A stretch of 64,000 bases of DNA, from contig CAVZMH010000003.1 in NCBI GenBank assembly GCA_963776345.1, positions 153,271 to 217,270 on the forward strand, read 5' to 3'. The notes beneath the pieces are model-generated. The model was not told where the DNA came from. It worked only from the letters and a program-made list of their open reading frames with translations, and made no database searches. Positions 30,542 to 39,937 of the stretch are shown here, one piece after another (the stretch's first letter is position 1; every line of letters begins with the position of its first letter). The position numbers and the translations under genes were made by a program. Origin of the DNA: an uncultured delta proteobacterium. Lineage in GTDB: Bacteria; Myxococcota; Myxococcia; Myxococcales; Myxococcaceae.

Positions 30542-31705
30542 GTGCCTGCAGTCATCACCTCCGTGGGCGCCGTCACCGGCCACGGGATCGGATGCGCCAA
30601 GCTCTTCTCGGCGCTGCTTCGCGGCGACACGGCGATCCGCTCGGTCTCTCGTTTCCCCGTCGACGGCCTGTGCAGCACCCTGGCTGCCGAGGCCCCCGCG
30701 GACGAGGATCTGGAGGCAGCCTCCTCGGGACTTCACCGGGGGCCATCGGAAGACCGGGCCACCCGCCTTCTCCTGGCGGCCGCCGCCGAGGCCCTGGAAG
30801 GGCGAGAGCTCGAGCCGTCGCCGCGCCGTGGGGTGATCGTCGGAACCACCAAGGGAGCGTTCGAGCGTCTCGGGCGCCGGACAGGAGCCGATGACCTCCT
30901 CGGCGCTCCCGCCCGCGCACTGGCTTGCGCAGCCCACGCGCATGGCCCGACCTTTGGCATCAGCGCTGCGTGCACGTCGGGCGCAGCGGCGCTCGGTGAG
31001 GCGCTGGCTCTGATCGATGCCGGGGTCTGTGACGAGATCCTCGTGGGTGGGACCGAGGCACTCCATGCCTTCGTCTACCGCGGCTTTCACGCGCTGCGTG
31101 CCCTCTCGCCACGACCCGCGATGCCTTTCGACGCCGCGCGCAACGGGCTCTCGCTCGGCGAGGGTGCGGGGGTCCTGGTCATCGAGTCGATTGTTCATGC
31201 GAGACGACACGGGCGTAGACCGATCGCAGTGCTGGAAGGGTTCGGGGCGAGCAGTGATGCGCATGACCAGGTCGCACCTGAGCCCGGCGGACGTGGGTTG
31301 CTCGCTGCCAGCCGGATGGCCCTCGCCAATGCGGGCGTCACGACAAGCGACGTCGATGGCTACCACGCACACGGCACGGGTACGGTCCAGAACGACCGGA
31401 TGGAGGCCACGGTCTTCGCCGGGCTATTCTCCGGCCGCGAAGTGACCGTCTCGGCGATCAAGGGCTCCCTGGGGCACACGCTCGGCGCAGCAGGTGCGCT
31501 CGATACGCTCGTCTGCGCACTGATGCTGCAGGCCCGGACCGTACCGCCAGTCACCAATCTGAGGACGCTGGATCCGCTCGCGCGCGTCCCTGCAGCCATC
31601 GGAAGACCGAAACCGCTCACCGGGAACCGGATCCTCGTGGCCAGCGCAGGCTTCGGCGGCATCAACGCCGCTCTCGTTCTCCGTGCTGCCGTGGGGAGCG
31701 CATGA
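30542..31705 (+). CDS. Beta-ketoacyl-ACP synthase (KS 1)
   Basis: Cys-His-His triad: SAACTSG, AHGTGT, KGSLGHTLGAAG. Confidence 0.93.
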   Translation: MPAVITSVGAVTGHGIGCAKLFSALLRGDTAIRSVSRFPVDGLCSTLAAEAPADEDLEAASSGLHRGPSEDRATRLLLAAAAEALEGRELEPSPRRGVIVGTTKGAFERLGRRTGADDLLGAPARALACAAHAHGPTFGISAACTSGAAALGEALALIDAGVCDEILVGGTEALHAFVYRGFHALRALSPRPAMPFDAARNGLSLGEGAGVLVIESIVHARRHGRRPIAVLEGFGASSDAHDQVAPEPGGRGLLAASRMALANAGVTTSDVDGYHAHGTGTVQNDRMEATVFAGLFSGREVTVSAIKGSLGHTLGAAGALDTLVCALMLQARTVPPVTNLRTLDPLARVPAAIGRPKPLTGNRILVASAGFGGINAALVLRAAVGSA

Positions 31706-32506
31706 CGTCGGAGGTCGGGGTCACCTCCTGGGCGATCTGGAATGCCGGTGGCGTCTCCATCAACGAGGAGCCCGTCCCCGGGACCGGCGCCGGGCTGGGC
31801 CTCTGGTCGGGTCGTCCGCCTCCGACACCTGGTGCCCGCGGACGGGCCCGTTCCCGCGAACGCTTCTGCGCTCGTTCAGCTCGCCCAGCAGGTCCTGGCC
31901 GCTCGTCGGGTGGTCCCCCTCCCCGAATTGCCGCCGGTGATCGGCGTGCGGCTTGGAACGATGAACGGGTCCAGAGAGAACGATCTGGCCTTTCTCCAGA
32001 GCCTGGCCGAGCGCGGCGAGTCCCTGGGCTCGCCGTCGCTGTTCGTTCACACCCTCTCGACCGCGGCCGTTGCTGAGGTCTCGCTCGCCCTGGGCTGTCG
32101 GGGGGCCGTCTCCACGGTGAGCAGCGGTGAGGCCAGTGGCCTGCTCGCCGTGGCGCTCGGAGCGGGAGAGCTCGCCGCCGGTCGTTCTGCCGCCTGTCTC
32201 TGCGGGGCGATGGACGTTTGCGGTTTGGATTCGGACGTCATCGCCCTGTTCCTGCTGGAGCACGCCCGGTCAGACATCGCGGTCCCTCGGCTGTCGGGCT
32301 GGGAACTCACCTTCGACGCCGCGAGCCCTCGGAGCCCCAGTTCGTTGCGGTCGAGCATGGAACGGCTGGTCTTCGCGCTCAGCAGCAACGAGGGCGGGCC
32401 GGTCAGCGCCTCGTCTGGGACCGGCGAGTCCGTCCGCCTCTCCGTCGCTCCGGCGGGCCGGAGTGCCGGGCGCAGGGAACGCGTTGGTCGCGTGGAGCGG
32501 GCGTGA
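31702..32506 (+). CDS. Inactive KS-like/chain-length-factor protein, with a frameshift near 31800
   Basis: SPSLFVHTL..AEVSL.LG.RG, catalytic Cys replaced (SGEASG); ATG overlaps the KS1 stop in a different frame from the body. Confidence 0.7.
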
Positions 32507-33070
32507 TTGGCGCCGGGACGGAAAGCGGTGGTGCTGGGCGAAGTGAATGATCTACAGCGGGCCATCGCCGAGCGCCTCGCCGGCGCCGGGCACAGGGTCA
32601 CCCAGCTGGAGGCGGGCGCTGCCGCGGCCGAGCTCGACGCCGAGATCCTCGTCCACCTGGATCCGAGCCTCGCCCGTTCTCCGGGGCTCGTCGACCCGGA
32701 CCACCCCTTCCTCGAGGCACGGGCGATGTTCAAGCTCATCGAGCGCGCCGCTCGGTCCATGGAGCTCCTGGGGTTCGGTCGAATCGTTCATCTCCGAGCG
32801 GGTCCGGCCACGATCGAGTCCTTCTCGGCTGCCGCGGCGATGGCGACCTTCGAGCTGGCCGGGACGCTCGGGGTGCTCCAGGAGACGGCGCGCCGCCTGG
32901 CTCCTCTGGGCATCACGCTCAACGTAGTCACTCTAATGACATCATCCGGGGTGCCCACGCAGCGGAAGGCGACGTGCTCCGAAGTTGCGGCCCTGGTGGA
33001 GATGCTGTGCCACGACCAGGCCGGCTTCGTGACCGCCCAGTCCTTTTCAATGGTGATCGGGCTGGGTTAG
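32507..33070 (+). CDS. Degenerate SDR/ketoreductase-like protein
   Basis: AIAERLAGAGHRV, FGRIV, LAPLGITLNVV, AGFVTAQ; lacks GxxxGxG and YxxxK. Confidence 0.6.
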   Translation: MAPGRKAVVLGEVNDLQRAIAERLAGAGHRVTQLEAGAAAAELDAEILVHLDPSLARSPGLVDPDHPFLEARAMFKLIERAARSMELLGFGRIVHLRAGPATIESFSAAAAMATFELAGTLGVLQETARRLAPLGITLNVVTLMTSSGVPTQRKATCSEVAALVEMLCHDQAGFVTAQSFSMVIGLG

Positions 33071-33078
33071 ATCGCCCC

Positions 33079-33381
33079 GTGCCCGCGCCCGCCCCCACCG
33101 ACCCCTCGATCGAAGACGCGCTGCGGACGCTTCGTGAGGAGCTCAAGCAGCTCCTGGTGACGACCCTTCGATTGGAGAACGTCCGTCCCGAGGACATCGG
33201 TGACACCGAACCTCTGTTCTCTCCCGAGGCTCGGCTGGGTCTCGATTCCTTGGCCGCGCTCGAGCTGCTCTCGGCAATCGAGTTCACCTACAAGGTTCGT
33301 TTCGGGGACGATGGCTCGGCACGGGAACACTTCGAGTCCATCTCCACGCTCGCCACGTTCGTCGCGTCCGCTCGGGCCTGA
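33079..33381 (+). CDS. Acyl carrier protein (aryl-polyene type)
   Basis: PEDI...PLF...LGLDSLAALEL; HFESI.TL. Confidence 0.92.
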   Translation: MPAPAPTDPSIEDALRTLREELKQLLVTTLRLENVRPEDIGDTEPLFSPEARLGLDSLAALELLSAIEFTYKVRFGDDGSAREHFESISTLATFVASARA

Positions 33382-33384
33382 GCC

Positions 33385-34551
33385 GTGCGTGGGGTTGCGA
33401 TCACCGGCGTTGGCATCGTCTCGGCGCTGGGTTCTGGATTCGCCGCTCACCTTGCGGGACTCCGGGAGGGAAGGTCGGGCCTGCGACCCCTCACGCTGTT
33501 TCCTGCCGCGGATCTGGGAGGGCTCCCGGTCGGCGAGGTCGCCGCCGGGCTTGTCCCGAGGAGCCGCGGTCCTCGCTGCATCCGTCTGGCCCTGCTTGCG
33601 GCTCGTCAGGCGCTGGCTGGGCGCAGGCTCGAGGGCGAGGGTGTGCTCTCCATCGGCACGACCACCGGAGGCATCTTCGAGTCGGAGGCTCATTACTTGA
33701 AGCACCGGGGAGGCGTGGGTGCGGAAGACCGGGAACTCCTTCTTCACCACCCGATCGGCGCAGTGACGGATGTCTTGAGCCGGGCCCTGCGTCTTTCCGC
33801 TTCGCAGCACACGTTCTCCACCGCCTGTTCATCCAGCGCCAATGCCATCGGCTTCGGGGCGTCGATGGTGGAGCGGGAGGGCAAGTGGGCCCTCGTGGGC
33901 GGGGTGGATTCGCTCTCTCGCATCACCTATGGCGGGTTCCACGCGCTCAGGCTGCTGGCGAGCACGCCCTGCCGCCCGTTCGACCTGAACCGCCGCGGTG
34001 TGTCGCTGGGCGAGGGTGCCGCATTTCTCTTGCTCGAACCGGAGGAAGAGGCGCGCCAGAGGGGGACGCCCGTCCTCGGCTTCGTGAGAGGATGGGGCTG
34101 CACCTCCGACGCCCACCACCCAACCGCCCCGCACCCCCGGGGTGAGGGTGCCGCGGCGGCCTCGCTTTCTGCTCTGGCCGACGCCGGACTGGCCCCGGCG
34201 CAGGTGGATTACGTGAACGCTCATGGGACCGCGACACCGGCCAACGATCTCGCGGAAGGACTGGCCCTGGAACGGGTGTTCGGAGCAAAGCCTCCCCTGA
34301 CCAGCTCGACCAAGGGGCTGACCGGGCACACCCTCGGCGCTGCCGGTGCGATCGAGGCGGTGCTGAGCCTGGCGGCGCTCTCCAGCGGTTTCGTCCCGGC
34401 CACGACCGGACTGGAACAGCCGGACCCGGAGATTCACATCCGGCACGTTCCCCCGGGAGGAGTGAACCAGCCTCTATCGGTCGTGGTCTCCAACTCCTTC
34501 GGATTCGGGGGAAACAACGCGGTCCTTGTCCTTTCTCGGGCGGCTGCATGA
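33385..34551 (+). CDS. Beta-ketoacyl-ACP synthase (KS 2)
   Basis: STACSSS, NAHGTAT, KGLTGHTLGAAG, SNSFGFGG. Confidence 0.95.
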   Translation: MRGVAITGVGIVSALGSGFAAHLAGLREGRSGLRPLTLFPAADLGGLPVGEVAAGLVPRSRGPRCIRLALLAARQALAGRRLEGEGVLSIGTTTGGIFESEAHYLKHRGGVGAEDRELLLHHPIGAVTDVLSRALRLSASQHTFSTACSSSANAIGFGASMVEREGKWALVGGVDSLSRITYGGFHALRLLASTPCRPFDLNRRGVSLGEGAAFLLLEPEEEARQRGTPVLGFVRGWGCTSDAHHPTAPHPRGEGAAAASLSALADAGLAPAQVDYVNAHGTATPANDLAEGLALERVFGAKPPLTSSTKGLTGHTLGAAGAIEAVLSLAALSSGFVPATTGLEQPDPEIHIRHVPPGGVNQPLSVVVSNSFGFGGNNAVLVLSRAAA

Positions 34552-35426
34552 AGCCAACTGTCCACGGCCTGGGCACGGCGGACGCGCCCAAGACGGACAT
34601 GGATCCACGGGTCAACCGACTTCCGCGTCTGGAGCGCATGGCTTTCGCCGCGGTGCGAGAGGCCCTCGGTGGACGATCCCTTCCCGACTCACTCGCCCTC
34701 GTCTTCGGGACCGGCTACGGAGGGTTGGCAGCCACGGAGGCCTTCCTCCAGAGCGTCGCATCTCGGGGGATGGCCTACGGGAGCGCGGCGGCATTTCACC
34801 AGTCCGTCCATCACTCCCCGGCCGGACAGCTCTCTCTCGTGCTCGGGATCCGCGGTCCGGTCCTCACCGTCTCCCAGAGGGAACTCTCTGGCGAAGTAGC
34901 GCTGCGGGTCGGACTCACGCTGCTGGACCGCTTCGAGTTCGTTCTGGTCGTTGCTGCCGATGAGAAGACCGCGGTGCTCGAGGCGGCATACCGCGCGTTC
35001 GGCGGGGTGTTCCAGGCTGGAGAAGGGGCGAGTGCGATCCTGCTCGGCCGCGGCGAAGGGCCGCTCTGGATCGAGCGATGCGAGTTGTTCTCACATCCCA
35101 GCTCGGTACGCCGCTTTGCCTCCCCGATCCGCTTCGGACCTCGGCTCGCCGCGGCGATCACCAGCTCGCGCAGCCGGGCGGTCTCGGTCGCCGCTCCCAC
35201 GGGCGATGTCGAGCGTCACGAACGGGCAGTGGTCGGTCGCAAAGTTCAGATCCTGCAGGACCAGGCCGCTCTGGGCCAGGTGAGCTTTCATCCCTCTGCG
35301 GGTCTGGTGCGCGGTGTCCTGGCGGCGCGTTACCTACAAACGACCCCTGGCGAGTCGGCGTGCGTCCTGCACGGGCTCGCCCTGGGCGGTGCTCAGTCCA
35401 TCACGGTCTTGCGGCGTGACTCCTGA
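34548..35426 (+). CDS. Beta-ketoacyl synthase chain length factor
   Basis: RLPRLERMA, FGTGYG, S..AFHQSVHH; no catalytic Cys. Confidence 0.85.
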   Translation: MKPTVHGLGTADAPKTDMDPRVNRLPRLERMAFAAVREALGGRSLPDSLALVFGTGYGGLAATEAFLQSVASRGMAYGSAAAFHQSVHHSPAGQLSLVLGIRGPVLTVSQRELSGEVALRVGLTLLDRFEFVLVVAADEKTAVLEAAYRAFGGVFQAGEGASAILLGRGEGPLWIERCELFSHPSSVRRFASPIRFGPRLAAAITSSRSRAVSVAAPTGDVERHERAVVGRKVQILQDQAALGQVSFHPSAGLVRGVLAARYLQTTPGESACVLHGLALGGAQSITVLRRDS

Positions 35427-36141
35427 GGCCTTCGTCGGCAGTGGCTTGCTCGCTCTGGGGGGACTGGCGGCGCTGACCGGCACGTGGGCAGTGTTTCACC
35501 CTCGATCGACCGTGTTCGGCCCGGTGGTGTGGCGAGGCCCTCGAGATCGGCCGCGGGCGGCCCTGACGTTCGATGACGGTCCGCATCCGGAGTACACTGA
35601 ACGGATCGGCGAGATTCTGGCCAGGGAGGGGGTGCCGGCGACCTTCTTCTGCGTGGGACGGTGCATCGAGCGACATCCACGCATCGCCCGTGAGCTCCAC
35701 CGGGCCGGCCACGCGCTGCAGAACCACAGCTTCTCGCACGGCACCGGACGCCACCTCTTTCATACCGACCTGCTCCGTGCCGACCTGCAGCGGTGTCAGG
35801 ACGCGCTCGTCGGCATCGGCTCGGATCCCCCGCGCTACTACCGACCGGCGGTGGGGATCCGAAACCCCGTCGTTCACCGTGCGGCACGCGAGGTGGGACT
35901 CGAGGTCGTCACCTGGACCCATTCTGCCCGCGACGGCCTCTTTGCCCTGAACGGAAGAAGGGCCGAGCGGCTCGCTGCTCGGGCGGAGCCGGGGAGCATC
36001 CTGGCCTTGCACGATGGGGCGCTCTCCGCTCGCTTGACGCTTCGGGAGCAAACGGTGCGGCACCTTCCCGAGCTGCTCCGCACGTTGAAGCAGCGGGGGC
36101 TCGAGCTCGTGCGGCTCGACCAGCTGCTCACACCAGCTTGA
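35416..36141 (+). CDS. Polysaccharide deacetylase (NodB/CE4) with N-terminal TM
   Basis: LTFDDGP, ATFF, NHSFSH, YRP, LHD. Confidence 0.92.
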   Translation: MTPEAFVGSGLLALGGLAALTGTWAVFHPRSTVFGPVVWRGPRDRPRAALTFDDGPHPEYTERIGEILAREGVPATFFCVGRCIERHPRIARELHRAGHALQNHSFSHGTGRHLFHTDLLRADLQRCQDALVGIGSDPPRYYRPAVGIRNPVVHRAAREVGLEVVTWTHSARDGLFALNGRRAERLAARAEPGSILALHDGALSARLTLREQTVRHLPELLRTLKQRGLELVRLDQLLTPA

Positions 36142-37339
36142 CGAGTGCAGCGAGTGTCTTCTCGGGCTCCCGGACGAAAGGGTTGCCCTGGTCGGTCACG
36201 TATCCGCCCAGCACCGCTGTGATGGCCCGTTTGATCTCGGCGTTCCTGTTCGGACCGAACAGGAGACGCGGCAGCTCTCCTGCGTACCAGCTCCGGACGA
36301 ACGCCTTGAAGACGCCAACGGCTCGACCGACCGGACCGTCGTAGTCGGCGTTCCAGTCGACCGACTCTCCGGAGAGCGACCGATCAATCAGTGACGCCGC
36401 AATGCTGGAGGACTCGAGCGCGAGCGTGACGCCGGAGGAAAAGACCGGGTCCAGAAACTCGGAGGCGTTGCCAGCCACCGCCCAGCGTGGCCCATGGAAC
36501 CGTGTCACGGCTGCCGCCCACCCCGAGAGCTTGCCAGTCCTCAGCACCGGGGTGGCGCTCCGCAGCCTTCGGTGGGCGTTCGGGTCTTCATGAAGCAAAG
36601 CAAAGAGGCGTTCGCGGTCGCATCCGCCAACGCTCTGGTAATCACCTTGCGGCATCACCAGGCCCACCGACGTGCGCCCGTTGGAGAACGGAATGATCCA
36701 GGCCCAGGACCCGCGAGGATGGATGCAGATCCAGATATCCCCCTCCAGGTCTCCAGACGGGCGGTCGTCCCCCTCGATCCAGGTGAAGAGCGCCATTCTC
36801 GGGGGTACTTCGGAGGGCTTCTCCAGCGAGAGGAGACGGGGCAGGACGCGACCGTAGCCGCTGCAATCCAGCAGGAAGGAGGCCCGCAACTCGAGCCGGC
36901 GTTCGGCCTCCACGTCCAGGACGGTCAAGGAGACCGAGTCAGGACGAAGATCGACCGCTTCGACCCGGTGATTGTAGCGAACCTCCACGCCCTGGCTCCG
37001 GGCCGCGGTGGAGAGGGTCTGATCGAAGTCGTCCCGCGGAACCTGGTAGGTCTGGGAGGCTTGCCCGGGGAAGGCGTCGGCGAAGCAGAAGCGCTCGTGG
37101 CGCTCGCCCGCGAGGAAGAGAGCCCCTCTCTTGGGCTGGTACCCTCGAGCGACCACCGCGTCGAGCAGCCCCGCCGCGGCAAGGAGGTCGTTGCATCGAG
37201 GAAGCAGCGACTCGCCGATCTGAAACCGGGGCAAGGTGCCCGCCTCGAGGGTGATGACGCGCCGGCCCTTCCGGGCGAGCAGCGCGCCGGCAACACTCCC
37301 GGCCGGACCCGCTCCGATGATGAGGACGTCGGCATCCAT
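36128..37339 (-). CDS. FAD-dependent halogenase-like oxidoreductase
   Basis: GAGPAG, PRFQIGESLLP, K in YQPKRGA, WAWIIP, FLDPVFSSG. Confidence 0.88.
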   Translation of the reverse strand: MDADVLIIGAGPAGSVAGALLARKGRRVITLEAGTLPRFQIGESLLPRCNDLLAAAGLLDAVVARGYQPKRGALFLAGERHERFCFADAFPGQASQTYQVPRDDFDQTLSTAARSQGVEVRYNHRVEAVDLRPDSVSLTVLDVEAERRLELRASFLLDCSGYGRVLPRLLSLEKPSEVPPRMALFTWIEGDDRPSGDLEGDIWICIHPRGSWAWIIPFSNGRTSVGLVMPQGDYQSVGGCDRERLFALLHEDPNAHRRLRSATPVLRTGKLSGWAAAVTRFHGPRWAVAGNASEFLDPVFSSGVTLALESSSIAASLIDRSLSGESVDWNADYDGPVGRAVGVFKAFVRSWYAGELPRLLFGPNRNAEIKRAITAVLGGYVTDQGNPFVREPEKTLAALVKLV

Positions 37340-37388
37340 CGCTAGGCCAGTCGGGCCCGTGGACGCTCGTACCATCTCGTCCGAGGAG

Positions 37389-37916
37389 TCACCCGGGAGC
37401 GGGTGCCCGACGCCATCGGCGAATCACGAAGGTCGTCGCGAGTCCCGCCACGACGGCCAGGACGGCGCCGAGGATTGCGCCACCGAGCACCAGCACGCCG
37501 AGGAGGTCGGCGACCTCTCTGAAGCTCCGGACTGCGCGCATCGCCTCCACGGACAGTGGAAGCCACTGGCCTCGGAGCGACAGGGCGCCCACCTGGGCAT
37601 CGGCGAAGAGCACGAACGGAGCGAGGGGCGGCAAGGAGATCTGGAGCCCGAGCAGCATGGCCACGCGGTTGAGCCGGAGGATCCACGCGAGCCCGAGCCC
37701 CACCAAGGTCTGGACCCCGAAGAAAGGGCTGCAGCCAATCAAGACCCCGAGGCCCACCGCCACTCCCAGCCGGACGGGGTCCGTGTGCTCGTGGATGAGG
37801 CGACGCGTCGAGGCTCGCAGCGCGGCGGCCAGCGCGCGGGCACGCTCCGTGACCTGCGACCACGGAGCAAACCGAGATGCGGTCGCCCCAGACCCAGCTG
37901 GTTGACGTCCGGGCAT
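37389..37916 (-). CDS. DUF2062-family membrane protein (start uncertain)
   Basis: AVGLGVLIGCSPFFGVQT..LRLNR. Confidence 0.8.
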   Translation of the reverse strand: MPGRQPAGSGATASRFAPWSQVTERARALAAALRASTRRLIHEHTDPVRLGVAVGLGVLIGCSPFFGVQTLVGLGLAWILRLNRVAMLLGLQISLPPLAPFVLFADAQVGALSLRGQWLPLSVEAMRAVRSFREVADLLGVLVLGGAILGAVLAVVAGLATTFVIRRWRRAPAPG

Positions 37917-37936
37917 CGTTTCGGCATCACGCAAGC

Positions 37937-39937
37937 GTGGTCGAGCCACCTATTCCACTCCTGTGCGACGAAGCACGGGCTTGCGTCATCATCCCAGTCT
38001 ACAACAATGCCTCCACCGTCGGTGACGTGGTGCGGGGCGTGCACGGCCACTGCTCCACGGTGCTGGTCTGCGACGACGGCTCGACGGACGGCTCGGGGGA
38101 CGTTGCCGGGGCGGCGGGGGCGATGGTCCTCCGGCATCCGCGAAACGAAGGCAAGGGTGTCGCGCTGCGGACCCTGCTGGCAGAGGCGCACCGGCAAGGG
38201 TTCCGTCATGCGATCTCCATGGACGCCGATGGCCAGCACTTCCCCGGCGACCTTCCGCTCTTCGCGGCCGCGCTGATCGACGAACCCGGCTCGATGGTGC
38301 TGGGAGTGAGAGACCTGATCGCTGCCGGCGCCCCACCCTCGAGCGAATTCGGTCGGCGCTGCTCGAACTGGTGGATCTGGTTCGAAACGGGACTTCGCCT
38401 GCCCGACACCCAGTCCGGATTCCGCGGATACCCGGTCCCGGAGGTGAGCGAGCTCGGGGCAGGACACCGCCGCTACGAATTCGAGACCGACGTGCTGCTC
38501 CGGGCGGCGTGGGCTGGCATCCCCATCCGCTCCCGGCCGATCAAGGTTCTGTACCCGGCGAACCGGATCTCACATTTCCGGCTGGTCCTCGACAACGTCC
38601 GGATCGTGGCCTTGAACACGGTTGCCGTCCTCCGGCATCCGCTGCCGCTCCCGCTCGGGAAGTCGTTGTTCCGCGTTCCACGCCGCCCCGGATGGTCTCT
38701 GTTCGAGATCCGGAGGTGGGCCTGGCTGGGCGGCTCCGGACCACTCTGGCGCGGTCTGGCTGCGCTGGCGGGAATCCTGGGTGCCGGCTCGTTCGCCGGA
38801 AGTCACTCCGGATTGCTCGCCTGGGCGACCTGCGCGGTGGCGGGGGTCGGCGCCCTTCCGGCGCTGCTGGCGACCCACGGGTACCGCTGGCTTCTGGGGA
38901 AGCAGGTCTCGACGGCCTGGAGCGCCGTCCTGGTCGTGGGGTGCTTCGTCGCCTTCGGAGTCGGAGAGCTGGCGCGGGCTCCGAGGCGGGCGAGGCCCAC
39001 GGGCTGGACGGGAAAGAGTCGAGGCGGCGTCTTCGGGCACTGGTTCTTCATCACGATCACCCGCGCGTTCGGCAGGTCCGTGGCTTACTGGGTCATCTAC
39101 CCGGTCACGCTCTACTTCCTGTTCGCCGCCCCCGCGGCGAGGACCGCCTCGCGCCAGTTCCTCGATCGGGCCGTGGGCCCCACCGGATGGTGGCGTTCGA
39201 TGGCCCGCTCCTATCGCCACCTCCTGGCCTTCGCCCGGACGATGGTGGATCGGGCAGTGTTGCGAACGCGTGGGAAGACCGCCTTCCGGTACGTCGAGCA
39301 AGGTCTGCACCACATTCACCAGGCAGCCTCCGCGGGAAGAGGTGCTGTCCTCCTGACCGCCCACATGGGCAACTGGGAGCTTGCCGCAGGGCTGTTGGGC
39401 GGCGATCTCGGGGAGAAGCTCGCCCTCGCCGCTTACCAGGGGGAGCGGGAGGCCATCGCTCAGTTCATGAAGCGTTCCGGAGGCCCCGAGCTCAGGGTCA
39501 TCGAGGTCGGGCGCGACGTCCTCGCAACGCTGGAGATGATCCGGGAGCTCCGTGGAGGGACCTTGCTCGCGGTGCATGGAGACCGCGCCATCGGCGAGCA
39601 GACGGTGTCCATTCCTTTTCTGGGCCGGGAGGCGCGCTTTCCCATCGGCCCCTTCCTGCTGGCCGCGGTCAGTGGCGCTCCGCTCATCGCAACCTTCTCG
39701 CTGCAGGTCGGACCTGCGGAGTATCGCTTCTTCGCCCAGGAGCCCCAGCGGCTGAGCTTCGGCACGGGCCAGGACCGACAGGCCCAGCTCGCGGCCTGGG
39801 TCGGGCAGTACGTGTCCTTGCTCGAGTCACTGGTGAAGCAGTACCCCTACCAGTGGTTCAACTTCTACGACTTCTGGGATGCGTCGCCTCCGTCGCCCGT
39901 GTCGAAGACGCAGTTCGCCACCGGGGAAGCTGCCTAG
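37937..39937 (+). CDS. GT2 glycosyltransferase - TM - LpxL-like acyltransferase fusion
   Basis: IPVYNN, DDGSTD, DADGQH, DTQSGFR; W.GKSRGG; AHMGNWE, GDR, YPYQWFNFYDFW. Confidence 0.92.
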   Translation: MVEPPIPLLCDEARACVIIPVYNNASTVGDVVRGVHGHCSTVLVCDDGSTDGSGDVAGAAGAMVLRHPRNEGKGVALRTLLAEAHRQGFRHAISMDADGQHFPGDLPLFAAALIDEPGSMVLGVRDLIAAGAPPSSEFGRRCSNWWIWFETGLRLPDTQSGFRGYPVPEVSELGAGHRRYEFETDVLLRAAWAGIPIRSRPIKVLYPANRISHFRLVLDNVRIVALNTVAVLRHPLPLPLGKSLFRVPRRPGWSLFEIRRWAWLGGSGPLWRGLAALAGILGAGSFAGSHSGLLAWATCAVAGVGALPALLATHGYRWLLGKQVSTAWSAVLVVGCFVAFGVGELARAPRRARPTGWTGKSRGGVFGHWFFITITRAFGRSVAYWVIYPVTLYFLFAAPAARTASRQFLDRAVGPTGWWRSMARSYRHLLAFARTMVDRAVLRTRGKTAFRYVEQGLHHIHQAASAGRGAVLLTAHMGNWELAAGLLGGDLGEKLALAAYQGEREAIAQFMKRSGGPELRVIEVGRDVLATLEMIRELRGGTLLAVHGDRAIGEQTVSIPFLGREARFPIGPFLLAAVSGAPLIATFSLQVGPAEYRFFAQEPQRLSFGTGQDRQAQLAAWVGQYVSLLESLVKQYPYQWFNFYDFWDASPPSPVSKTQFATGEAA

